Source: Candidatus Melainabacteria bacterium (GTDB taxonomy: Bacteria > Cyanobacteriota > Vampirovibrionia > 2-02-FULL-35-15). From it: a stretch of 64,000 nt of DNA. A program made the position numbers and the translations under genes. Below the pieces are notes generated by a model. It was not told where the DNA came from and did no database searches. It was given only the letters and a program-made list of their open reading frames with translations. This document shows, in pieces, positions 37,796 to 47,169 of the stretch. The stretch covers positions 17,832-81,831 of the forward strand of contig JAHFBG010000010.1 in assembly GCA_023250155.1 (NCBI GenBank). The letters are read 5' to 3'. Every line of letters begins with the position of its first letter. Position 1 is the first letter of the stretch.

Positions 37796-38974
37796 TTAAT
37801 CTAAGAAATACTTTTTTATCCCTATCTGCCAGGGGAATAATTTTACATGTTCAATTTTTTTTTGATAGGGATCATTTGAGAGGCATATGGCTTCGCACCT
37901 TCCAAAATCATTTGTAAGTTTAATAAATGAGAGTAAAGATTCTTTAGTGATTTGTTTGGAACTTTTAATCTCAATTAATAAAACTGACTTTCCAGGACGT
38001 TCTACAACCAAGTCTATCTCTGCACCATCCTTTGTCATCAAATAGCTAAACTTATACTCTGTCTTATAATATGTAGCTAATTTTATACACTCTAGTATTA
38101 TAAAGTGTTCGAATGCTTCGCCATACGCTGAAGTCCTTTCTACTAGTGGTACTGATAGTGTTCTATTTAATGCTTTTGTTATACCAGGATCAAAAAAATA
38201 AAATTTTGGTTTCGTACTTAATCTTTTTCTAAATGAGTGGTGAAAGCCTTCTAAAAAAAATCCTAATAGCGTATCTTCGAGAATTGTATAATATTTTTTT
38301 ATAGTTTTATCATCGACCCCTACGTCTCGTGAGATATTGGAAAAATTAATGACTTTAGCATTCATTTGTGCAGCAACTTCTAAAAAACGCCTAAATGGAT
38401 CTAAGTCTTGTACAAATTGCTCTGCCCATACTTCTTCTTTAAGGTAAGAATGAGCATATGCTTGTAAAAATTGAGTTTTGTATGTTTCACTCTTTAATGA
38501 ATGAATCTTAGGTAATAACCCCCATCTGAGAGCATCAGACAAGCTAAACTCTTTACCTAACTCTAATGCACTAAATGGGTGTAAATGATAAACAAAAGCT
38601 CGCCCTGCAAGCAAATTAGCAAAGCCACGCTTAAGCTTTCTGGCACTTGAACCTGTAAGAATAAACTTTTTGTCAGTAGATTCAATTAAAGAGTGAACAG
38701 GGTCCAAAAGTTTTGGAATCTTTTGAATTTCATCAATAACAACATGTTTAAATTTTTTAGGTAGAGCCTTAACGATTTCTATTAGCTCGCCTGGATTTCT
38801 TGAAAATCTATCCTCCTGTTCAGGAATCAGTAAATCTATCATAAAACTATTATTTTTAAATCTTTGAAGAATTAAGGTACTTTTTCCTGTTCCTCGTGGG
38901 CCAAATAAGAAAAAGCTATGATTAGATGGCAGACTTAAAAATCTATCTATGGATTGTTCAGATTCGGATACCAT
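37796..38974 (-). CDS. AAA_14 ATPase with DUF4143 domain
   Basis: GPRGTGKS, VIDEIQK, LTGSSA, KFYFFDPG, EIDLVVE...EIK. Confidence 0.9.
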   Translation of the reverse strand: MVSESEQSIDRFLSLPSNHSFFLFGPRGTGKSTLILQRFKNNSFMIDLLIPEQEDRFSRNPGELIEIVKALPKKFKHVVIDEIQKIPKLLDPVHSLIESTDKKFILTGSSARKLKRGFANLLAGRAFVYHLHPFSALELGKEFSLSDALRWGLLPKIHSLKSETYKTQFLQAYAHSYLKEEVWAEQFVQDLDPFRRFLEVAAQMNAKVINFSNISRDVGVDDKTIKKYYTILEDTLLGFFLEGFHHSFRKRLSTKPKFYFFDPGITKALNRTLSVPLVERTSAYGEAFEHFIILECIKLATYYKTEYKFSYLMTKDGAEIDLVVERPGKSVLLIEIKSSKQITKESLLSFIKLTNDFGRCEAICLSNDPYQKKIEHVKLFPWQIGIKKYFLD

Positions 38975-39172
38975 AGGATAAATTGTACGCCATTTTCGGA
39001 ATCTTGTCTACGTATGTCAAAAGGGGTATTTAAGCTGAATTTGTCTGCTGGATTGGTGAAATACTAATGCTCTGTTGAATTTGAAGTATTATTAGATTAA
39101 TTTATGAAATACTAGATACACTTTAAAGATTGAATTCTAAGTACCCATAGTGTAATTTATTTACTATATTTC

Positions 39173-42100
39173 ATGAAAATAATACCTACATTTCTTAGAA
39201 ACTTTATCGCCAATGTTTGTACCACTAAACATAGACAACTAGTTAATAGTGGTGCAAAGCCTGAACACATAAGTGTCTATAATGAAGCCAAAGATGAATA
39301 CTATAAAAATAACTGGAAAGTAAAACAATTATTTGATTTAGATAAAGAGTTAATCATAGCCAATGTATCACCAGAACAATTAAAAGCTTGTAATGAAGTT
39401 ATGATTCAATTTCATAAGAATGAAGTTGATACAAGAAATCTAACTGATGTTTTAGTTAAAACACTTTTACTTAAAGCTACACCTGATCAAATTAAATTGC
39501 TTAGTCAAGGCTTGGTCGGTACTTCTAAAGAATATAAACAAGAGTATGATGCTGGAAGGGATATAGCAGGAGGAGATTATATAACGGTAGAACAATCTGT
39601 AATAAACAAAAACCAACTTATTTTTTTTAGCTTGGTTAGCGCTAATCCCAATACTGCTCAGTGTGAACTGCTGAAATATGTACATGATATAAAATCACAC
39701 AATGTCTGGTCTGGATTGGATTGGAAAGGGTTTGTTGAAGCATACATAAAGCTCTTAAATAAAAAACCTACTAATGAACAATTTCAAAGCTTTAAAGAAT
39801 TTATTAAGGTTTATATGGAGGATTCTAAGAAGCGCGAGCATTTAGTAGAACTAACAAATCATTTTACAGATTTAATCCCAAAATTATATCTAAAAAATGA
39901 TTGGGAATCCTATGGTAAAGCATTTTCAATTTATACAAACAATAAATGGTATTTAGATGATTTTATACATAATGTAGCTGATTTAGCAGGTAGAAAAAAC
40001 TTTGATAAACAGTTAGATGTATATATCAGTGCTTTAAAACAAATTCGATATTTAGCAATAGAGAAGAGTGGCGATGGTTTCCCAAGATATGAGCATGTAG
40101 TAAAAACTTTTAATGATATTTTTTTTCCTGAAATAGCAAACAAAGATCTCCCGAGCAAATACTGGGATTTATTGTCTACAGTATTAAAAAAAGAAGCCAA
40201 TGTTGAAAATAAAGTTTTTCGTACAGACTGGGATGTAATTGAGTTTACTAAATCATTTGTAGATCTTATAAAACTTAGTCTAAATAAAGAGCATCTTGAA
40301 AACTACCATGACATTATTTCTTTTATATATAAAAATTGTAAAAACATAAGTGAAACTACTCCTATTATTAAGTTTGTTTTAGCAAAACCGAGTAAAGAGC
40401 TAATAGAAATATATAAGAAAGCATTGTCTCTTTATACTGTCACTGATCTTCTTAGCTTTCCCGTTTCTCAAGATCGCCTAAAGACCTTATTAATAGGAGA
40501 GTTCAATAGATTAGCTAAAGCTAATCCTCCTAAAAAACTACTTGAAATACTTAACGATAACATGACTACTACTAAAAGTTTTATAGGCAAGCAAATTATA
40601 AAATGTGCTGCATTGGTCGAACCATTTAATACTTATGAAGCAAACAAAGATAAACTAACTAAGCTTAGTTCTGAGATGAAACAATATTTAGAAGATGAGT
40701 GGAAAGAAGAGCTTACTGATGTTAAAAAATTAGATGAACCTAACAAGGTAGATCCCCTACTGAATGAGGTTATTATAAAAAATTTATACCCTCTGTCATT
40801 AAGTGATAAAGAATGGGATTTGTATAATCAAGCTATCTTATATGATAAGGGCTCCACCTATTTAAATTTAAAAATAAGTTTAACTAGTGATTTTGTGCGC
40901 TTAATTAAATCAAAACCAACTCAAGAAGAATGGTTATTATATGAAGATGTTTTTTCTTATTATAAAACAAACAAACTTAAGTCAGATCGAACAATCTGGA
41001 ATCTAGCTTATTTATTTGAAGCTAAACCAGAAAAAGAAAAATTAGATAAATACAAAGAGTGGATAGTTTTATTTCAAGAGAAGGATTTAAGTTTAACTGA
41101 ACTAGTTAAACTTTGTGCACAACTTGCTAAGCCAGGTAATTTCAATAAGTATTTTAATGAGTGCAATAAAGAAATAAAACTTGCTTTAGAAGATGAGGCA
41201 TTAACTAAGGATTTGGATGTATTTTGCAGGTCACTAACTCAATTAATCGATAATGATTGTCTTCCTGAACATATTAAATTGTGGGTTGAAGTATTTGACT
41301 ATCACACTAAAAATCATTGGAGTGTACCAGGTGAAATGTTTGTTAGAGCCGTACAAGATAAGGTTCCGATGCAATTACTTAGAAATTATAGAAACTCATT
41401 AGTAAATGGAATCATAAAGTCACAAGAGGAATCAAAGAAACTTTTAACTGAGTTTCGATATCACTCTGCTATTTATAGAATTCTTAGACAAGAAGGAGAT
41501 ATTGATGCTGCAAGAACTCTTCTTCAAAATGAAGCAAAAAGCGATGAATTGCCAATTAATTTATATATGTCAAGTTCAAAGCATAAGATTCTTAATCCTG
41601 AAGCTATAAAAATACAAACTGAAACGGAAAGAGTTGTTAAAAGATCTTTTGATAAGAGCTATGGTTTCAGTGCACTGACTTTTGATTCTAAAAGATCACC
41701 TACGAAAGAACCTGCTCTATTAGCTCGTTTTGGTAATGATGTAGGAGATATAGAGTATATTAATGCTAAAGACATAAGTCTCTTTCCTGGTAAAGGCTTT
41801 ACAATTTCTGATTTTGATTTAAACAAGATTCTGGTTCCCGATGAAAACAATACAGAAGATCCACATCACCTTTATAAAGAAGCATGGCCATGGGCAAAAG
41901 ATGTATTTGATGACTTTCCAAAAACTGAGTTTGTTTTTACACGAGGATTTATGGCTGTACTAAACAAGGATAAAAAATATATCTTAAATGGAATACCTTA
42001 CAGTTATTTAGTAGTAAATAACCATCACCACAATAAAGGCTGTGATACTGCATATTTAGTACCTACAAAAATATTGGAAGAAAAACTTAAAGATACTAAA

Positions 42101-42937
42101 GTACCATATAAAGACATTATTGGATTTTCTAAAAACCATAAAGATATAAATGAAAATGGTTTAAAAATAGAAGATTTAATTGGGGCTTCAGATGATAATG
42201 CGCCCATATTAAATCTAGGATGGGGAACAAACTTTGGTGGTGGCCTATGTAATGCTTATCCACTAGATTCCAAACCTTATTTTGAATGGGAGAAAGAACT
42301 AAGACCTCAAATTCATCATACAAAAGACTTTTGGGAAAGGGTCCATAAGTCACATATTACTGGTACATATGAGACCAGTATGTCAAGAGATCCAAAATTC
42401 AAAGAACTATTAAAACCTTTACGGCAAGCACATGATGATGTTTATAAGATTACGGATAACTATCAAAATCTTTATGACTTATTTAGATTATATTTTTCTA
42501 TGTGGAAAAAAGGATTTACAGTAGGTGAAAAAGAAATTACAGAAGAAGATTTATTTCAAGAACTTGAACCACAAAACTTAGAGCAAGATGATAATGATTT
42601 TGTCTATAATCCAAACTCACTTAGGATGTTAAATGAAGCCTATAAATGGCATGAAGGAAGAAGCCTTGGAATAGAAGATAAAAATTATTATCCAGTTCTT
42701 GTTATAACTGATACCCTTGATTATTGGAGTCAACCTAAGTCACCAATTATGCTGGACACCTATGACATGATGCTTTATACAAATGGTAAAAAAATCCCAT
42801 TAAATCAAGAAGGAGTGGATGATATAGAAAAAGAAATATGGTATAAATTAGTGATGCCACAAGCCAAAGACTCTATAAAAGATCTAAGGTTTTATGATAG
42901 GAGAGATCTCGACTTATTAGGAGGAAATAATCAATGA
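39173..42937 (+). CDS. Giant helical-repeat protein with conserved His/Cys C-terminal domain, paralog 1
   Basis: 1254 aa; C-terminal ~480 aa homologous to 43226 and 47170 (NNHHHNKGCDTAYLVP, NLGWGxNFxGGLCNAYPLDS). Confidence 0.85.
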   Translation: MKIIPTFLRNFIANVCTTKHRQLVNSGAKPEHISVYNEAKDEYYKNNWKVKQLFDLDKELIIANVSPEQLKACNEVMIQFHKNEVDTRNLTDVLVKTLLLKATPDQIKLLSQGLVGTSKEYKQEYDAGRDIAGGDYITVEQSVINKNQLIFFSLVSANPNTAQCELLKYVHDIKSHNVWSGLDWKGFVEAYIKLLNKKPTNEQFQSFKEFIKVYMEDSKKREHLVELTNHFTDLIPKLYLKNDWESYGKAFSIYTNNKWYLDDFIHNVADLAGRKNFDKQLDVYISALKQIRYLAIEKSGDGFPRYEHVVKTFNDIFFPEIANKDLPSKYWDLLSTVLKKEANVENKVFRTDWDVIEFTKSFVDLIKLSLNKEHLENYHDIISFIYKNCKNISETTPIIKFVLAKPSKELIEIYKKALSLYTVTDLLSFPVSQDRLKTLLIGEFNRLAKANPPKKLLEILNDNMTTTKSFIGKQIIKCAALVEPFNTYEANKDKLTKLSSEMKQYLEDEWKEELTDVKKLDEPNKVDPLLNEVIIKNLYPLSLSDKEWDLYNQAILYDKGSTYLNLKISLTSDFVRLIKSKPTQEEWLLYEDVFSYYKTNKLKSDRTIWNLAYLFEAKPEKEKLDKYKEWIVLFQEKDLSLTELVKLCAQLAKPGNFNKYFNECNKEIKLALEDEALTKDLDVFCRSLTQLIDNDCLPEHIKLWVEVFDYHTKNHWSVPGEMFVRAVQDKVPMQLLRNYRNSLVNGIIKSQEESKKLLTEFRYHSAIYRILRQEGDIDAARTLLQNEAKSDELPINLYMSSSKHKILNPEAIKIQTETERVVKRSFDKSYGFSALTFDSKRSPTKEPALLARFGNDVGDIEYINAKDISLFPGKGFTISDFDLNKILVPDENNTEDPHHLYKEAWPWAKDVFDDFPKTEFVFTRGFMAVLNKDKKYILNGIPYSYLVVNNHHHNKGCDTAYLVPTKILEEKLKDTKVPYKDIIGFSKNHKDINENGLKIEDLIGASDDNAPILNLGWGTNFGGGLCNAYPLDSKPYFEWEKELRPQIHHTKDFWERVHKSHITGTYETSMSRDPKFKELLKPLRQAHDDVYKITDNYQNLYDLFRLYFSMWKKGFTVGEKEITEEDLFQELEPQNLEQDDNDFVYNPNSLRMLNEAYKWHEGRSLGIEDKNYYPVLVITDTLDYWSQPKSPIMLDTYDMMLYTNGKKIPLNQEGVDDIEKEIWYKLVMPQAKDSIKDLRFYDRRDLDLLGGNNQ

Positions 42938-43167
42938 TGACTATTAGAACAGTAAGAAGTGTATTTGCAGCACCAGCGGCACCACCACAAGCTCCACCAA
43001 AACAACCAGACACAAAGCCTGATACACAACCAGCTCCATCAAAACCTGCTCCAGCACCACCAAAACCACAGCCAGTAAAACAGCCTACACCTACACCGAT
43101 TAAAGAACCTTGTCCAAAGCCCAATGGAGAACCTATTCCTGGAATTTGTCCGATCAATGATCCGTAA
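42934..43167 (+). CDS. Pro-rich small peptide 1 (candidate precursor/partner)
   Basis: GGAGG RBS inside the upstream gene, ATGA overlap, homologous to 51132-51374. Confidence 0.8.
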   Translation: MMTIRTVRSVFAAPAAPPQAPPKQPDTKPDTQPAPSKPAPAPPKPQPVKQPTPTPIKEPCPKPNGEPIPGICPINDP

Positions 43168-43195
43168 TGACGTTACCCGATCATTGATTTTTTTT
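43153..43195 (+). terminator. Intrinsic terminator after peptide 1
   Basis: ATCAATGATC...GATCATTGAT stem followed by a T run. Confidence 0.7.
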
Positions 43196-43225
43196 AATGC
43201 TTAGGTTACTTTAGACACTAATAAA

Positions 43226-46200
43226 ATGAAAATTATCCCAACATTCTTTAGGAAGTTTGTTGCTTCTTTGCCATTTACTAAAACAAGAAGTTTAGTAAAA
43301 GCAGGTGCTACCTATGAACATATAAAAGTATTTAATGAAATCTATAATCAATTTTATAAAAACAATTGGAATGCTAAAAAATTAGTTGAGGATGAAAAGA
43401 GTTTTATAGCATTAAATGTATCACCTGAACAGCTAAAAGCCTGCAATGAAGTTCTTATTCACTTTCACAAGGAAAAAATATTGACAACACACTTAGTAGA
43501 TATATTAACTGAAATGCTTTCATTAAAAGCCACACCAGAACAAATATCTTTAGCAAAAAAATACTTGACCATTGGTTCAAAAAAAAGTCTTTATATTAGT
43601 CCTGGAATCATTCCAAAAGAACAAAAAAGTTTTTTTAATTTGATAAAAGAAGGTCCATCAAAAGAGTATTGTGCATTGTTTGAATCTATACCATTAAACA
43701 ATCGTAGAACAGTTGCTTCTAATTTTAGTAGAGTATCAACTGAACTATTAAAAGAAAATTTGAGCACTGATCAATTAAAGCTATATAAGGATACAGTTGA
43801 TTATCATTTTGAAAACAAGTTTAGCGTTTACGAGTTAATGTGTTTGCTTAATAAGCTGATTAAAGAAAATAAACCACCTGAACAATGGAATGCTTGTGCT
43901 AAAGCCCTTAATATCTATAAAGAAAATAAGTGGGAAATAGATGAGTCTACTTTTATGTTGGTTGATATTTTAAAGAATCATAATGTTAATAATAAAGCGA
44001 ATTTATATATTTTAGGGATCTCTAGGTGTAAAGAACAAAAACTAGATCATGATCAGGCAGCCTTTACAAACAGTTTTAAAGAACTACTAAAAATATATCC
44101 TTCAAAAGATGATTTAGATCTATTTGAACAAGGACTACAAAACTGTTCAAATCCTATAGAGTGGACTAATTACTTTACGTATCTTTTAAAATTAAGCCCA
44201 AAAGAAAATAAATATAATGTTTATAAAAAATATTGCTCACTTCTTTTAAAAGATGGAGAAGATATTCAAGATGTAACAAGAGTATTTACAAAGTTAATCA
44301 TGAAAGGACAACCATCAAAAGAAATAGAATCCTGTTTTCAAATATACTTCAATTTAACATCTCATATAAAAACCAATTACAATAATACATTCAATGTAAA
44401 TAGTGTCATTGACATAGTTTTAGCCAATCCAGATAAAGAACTAATAGAACTATATAAAGAGACTTTGTCAGTCTATTCAAAAGCAAAAACTAAAACACCA
44501 CTTAATCCACTTGCTAAAGAGTTTTTAGAATATATAAAATCAGATCCAGAACCTATACAACAAGAGCTCTATAAACAAGGACTAGAAGCACATAAAGACA
44601 ATTATGTCTTAATGGAAAAATTTATATCTATGAGTATCGCTTTAACTAAGGCACATAAAGACTATGAACTATACAAAGACAAACTAAAATATCTTGCACC
44701 TGAAATAAAAAAAGACTTAGAAGATGAATGGATCTATGCATTTACGGATACTCATATGCTAGCTAAATATAAAGATATATCGATATCTTACTATCCACCA
44801 TTAAATAATCAAATCGTCAGATTAAGTTATAAAGATTTTAGAGAAAATAAAGATATATGGGACATCTACAATGAGCTTGCTTTAAGTCAAAGGAAAAAAA
44901 ATCTGTCTCTAGTAGACTTTACAAGAGACTTTGCTGCATTAACTCTTCTAGAACCAAGCAAAGAATATTGGGACTTATATAAAAAAGCTATTTCTTATCA
45001 CATAGAACATGATTTTCCTCTTACAGATCTAACTGGACATCTAGCGTCATTAGCATATGCAAAATCATATAGTAAGAATTTAAAGATCTATGATGAAGCC
45101 ATAAACTATTTTAAAGATCGCAAGCTTCCACTGGATAAATTAATTAGTAGTTTTGTTACATTGGCAAAATACAATGTTCAATATGACTTTTTAAAAGAAT
45201 TTTATAAGATACAAGCATACTTTCAAGAAAACAATATCGATGCTAATGACTTTAACAAACAAGCTGCTCTCTGGGCTAAAGACAATATAAGTGGAGAACA
45301 TTTAAAAATCTTCAAGGAATTATATGTAGGTTATCTAAATAAAAAATGGGACCTGAATGAGCTAAAAACAGATTTAATACTTTCTATAGAAGAAGAGTAT
45401 CCAATACAACTTTTAAGAAATATTAGAAATGAAATTCAAAATGGAAGTATTAAATCGGCAGAAGAAGCAGAACATCTGTTTCAAGACATCAGATTTCATA
45501 CAGCAATTTACAAAATACTTAGACAAGAAATAAGCAAAGATGAAGCTAAAAAGATTTTATCCATTTTTGGAGGGGCACAAGCAGACTCTCTACCTGTTCA
45601 TATATATTCAAATTCTACTAGGCACGAATTTAATCCAGAAGCAATAAAAATACAGAATGAAACTGAAAGAGTTTTTACAAGACTTTTTGATTTAAATTAT
45701 GGTTTTAGTTCTTTAACAGTAGACTGTAAAAGAACACCTACTAAAGAATCTGCTTTATTAGCTAATTTCGGCAATGATGTGGCAAATGTCAACTATATTA
45801 ATGCCAAAGATATAAGTCTTTTTCCAGGACGTGGTTTTGAGATTTCTAGTTTTGATTTAAATAAAATTTTAATTCCAGATAAAACAAATCCAACAGACCT
45901 ATACCATCTTTATAAAGAGTCGTGGCCCTGGGCTAAAGAAACACTAGATAATTTTTCGAAAACCAAGTTTATATTTACTCGTGGTTTTGTAGTTATAACT
46001 AATCCTGATAAAAAATATATATTAAATGGAACTCATTATAGTTATTTTGTAGTAAACAATCATCATCACAACAAAGGCTGTGACACTGCATATCTTGTGC
46101 CTACTGAAATACTAGAAAAAAAATTAAAAGGAACTACAATTCCATTTATGGATTATGTTGGAGTTTCAAAAAACCACAAAGATATCAATGAAGCGGGCTT

Positions 46201-47008
46201 ACAACTTGATGATTTAGTAAAAGATGCTAATGAAAAGGGATTACAAGTGCTAAATCTTGGATGGGGATCTAACTTTAGCGGTGGCTTATGCAATGCTTAT
46301 CCACTTGATTCAAAGCCTTATTTTAAATGGGAGAAAAAATTACGTGGTAAGCATACAAAAGATTTTTGGGGAAGAGTTCATAAGTCTCACATCACAGGCT
46401 CTTGGCAATCTAGAATGTTTGACGATCCAAAGCTCAAGAAATTGTTAGCCCCTTTAAGAAAAGCACATGATGAAATCTATACACTAACAAATGATTATCA
46501 AAATCATTTTGACTTGTTTAGATTGTTTTTTTCTATGTGGAAAAAAGGATTGACTGTGGGAGAAAGAGTATTAGAACCTACTAGTGATGACTTGTTCCAA
46601 GAACTTGAACCCCAGAATTTAGAACCTGGACAGTTTGATAAAAGTGCTTTTGATAATGAAATAACCAATAGAGAAGCGATTTTAGAATACTCAGAAAATC
46701 CAAACTCCCTTAGAATGCTGGTTGAAGCATACAAATGGCATGAAGCTAAAAAACAAGGGATTAGTGGTCCTAATTTTTTCCCTATCTTAGTAGTAACGAA
46801 TACACTAGACTACTGGAGTCAACCAGAATCAAAGATTATGCTTGATACTTACGATATGACTATTCATGCTGATGGTAAAACTATTCCTTTAAATGAAGAA
46901 GAGTTGACTTTTATAGAAAAAGGATTGTGGAATAAGAGCTTCTTACCTTATATGCTTGACTCTACAAAAGATTTAAGGTTTTATGACAGAAGAGATTTGA
47001 ATATGTAG
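43226..47008 (+). CDS. Giant helical-repeat protein, paralog 2 (no downstream peptide)
   Basis: 1260 aa; same N-terminus MKIIPTF as paralog 1 and same C-terminal motifs. Confidence 0.85.
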   Translation: MKIIPTFFRKFVASLPFTKTRSLVKAGATYEHIKVFNEIYNQFYKNNWNAKKLVEDEKSFIALNVSPEQLKACNEVLIHFHKEKILTTHLVDILTEMLSLKATPEQISLAKKYLTIGSKKSLYISPGIIPKEQKSFFNLIKEGPSKEYCALFESIPLNNRRTVASNFSRVSTELLKENLSTDQLKLYKDTVDYHFENKFSVYELMCLLNKLIKENKPPEQWNACAKALNIYKENKWEIDESTFMLVDILKNHNVNNKANLYILGISRCKEQKLDHDQAAFTNSFKELLKIYPSKDDLDLFEQGLQNCSNPIEWTNYFTYLLKLSPKENKYNVYKKYCSLLLKDGEDIQDVTRVFTKLIMKGQPSKEIESCFQIYFNLTSHIKTNYNNTFNVNSVIDIVLANPDKELIELYKETLSVYSKAKTKTPLNPLAKEFLEYIKSDPEPIQQELYKQGLEAHKDNYVLMEKFISMSIALTKAHKDYELYKDKLKYLAPEIKKDLEDEWIYAFTDTHMLAKYKDISISYYPPLNNQIVRLSYKDFRENKDIWDIYNELALSQRKKNLSLVDFTRDFAALTLLEPSKEYWDLYKKAISYHIEHDFPLTDLTGHLASLAYAKSYSKNLKIYDEAINYFKDRKLPLDKLISSFVTLAKYNVQYDFLKEFYKIQAYFQENNIDANDFNKQAALWAKDNISGEHLKIFKELYVGYLNKKWDLNELKTDLILSIEEEYPIQLLRNIRNEIQNGSIKSAEEAEHLFQDIRFHTAIYKILRQEISKDEAKKILSIFGGAQADSLPVHIYSNSTRHEFNPEAIKIQNETERVFTRLFDLNYGFSSLTVDCKRTPTKESALLANFGNDVANVNYINAKDISLFPGRGFEISSFDLNKILIPDKTNPTDLYHLYKESWPWAKETLDNFSKTKFIFTRGFVVITNPDKKYILNGTHYSYFVVNNHHHNKGCDTAYLVPTEILEKKLKGTTIPFMDYVGVSKNHKDINEAGLQLDDLVKDANEKGLQVLNLGWGSNFSGGLCNAYPLDSKPYFKWEKKLRGKHTKDFWGRVHKSHITGSWQSRMFDDPKLKKLLAPLRKAHDEIYTLTNDYQNHFDLFRLFFSMWKKGLTVGERVLEPTSDDLFQELEPQNLEPGQFDKSAFDNEITNREAILEYSENPNSLRMLVEAYKWHEAKKQGISGPNFFPILVVTNTLDYWSQPESKIMLDTYDMTIHADGKTIPLNEEELTFIEKGLWNKSFLPYMLDSTKDLRFYDRRDLNM

Positions 47009-47169
47009 TGAGCTAAGAATATCTTTTTAATTTGTTTATTTATTTTAATCTGAATTGTCACAAGCTTAAATTTATTTAGTACTCTTAACCTTGGAAAAAT
47101 TTAATTATTCAAAACAAGAAAAACACTTGACCTTTTTTCTTATATGATCTATTCTATATAGACATATAT

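Noticed and set aside
42873-43157. Minus-strand Gly-rich ORF
   Set aside because: Antisense of Pro-rich peptide 1, which has the RBS, coupling and a paralog.
47009-47169. A third Pro-rich peptide after paralog 2
   Set aside because: Spacer is AT-rich with no such ORF or recognisable remnant.
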